In this document: piece after piece, positions 63,958 through 64,000 of the stretch
How the letters are laid out: the number at the start of each line of letters is the position of its first letter
Numbering within the stretch: position 1 is the first letter of the stretch
Assembly (NCBI RefSeq): GCF_006345805.1
Contig: NC_043013.1
Coordinates: 47,926,001 to 47,990,000, forward strand
DNA: 64,000 nt
Reading direction: 5' to 3'
Origin: Octopus sinensis
Lineage: Eukaryota
The notes under the pieces: generated by a model
Seen by the model: the letters and a program-made list of their open reading frames with translations, nothing else
Databases searched by the model: none
Told to the model about the DNA's origin: nothing
Translations under genes and position numbers: made by a program

Positions 63958-64000
<43 letters not shown>
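63700..64000. repeat. (TA)n, (ATT)n, (ATC)n and (GATA)n compound microsatellite
   Basis: Directly visible. Confidence 0.95.

Overview
This is AT-rich, microsatellite-dense eukaryotic DNA. I found no supportable host protein-coding gene, rRNA, true tRNA or CRISPR array. The repeat families resemble those I recall from octopus/cephalopod genomes (inference, not a database result). The window is a mosaic of decayed mobile elements: several Penelope-like (PLE; RT plus GIY-YIG) remnants, at least four tRNA-headed SINE families, Helitron, hAT and Tc1/mariner fragments, and R4/Dong-like 3' ends in (TAA)n. Three structures stand out. (1) At 58148-60171 is a head-to-tail array of about 4.3 near-identical ~470-nt units, each carrying a type I hammerhead ribozyme. 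It is a retrozyme-like unit that should self-process into monomer or circular RNA, and it starts within 3 nt of the predicted cleavage site. (2) At 29074-33757 two paralogous ORF1-only elements (RRM-like plus CCHC knuckle, no RT) are stacked at the same site inside one SINE's tRNA head, with the target sequence present three times. (3) A ~550-nt non-coding retroposon occurs only against (AAT)n tracts. Further solo or degenerate hammerheads, fold-back junctions and a ~300-bp near-perfect palindrome are also present.
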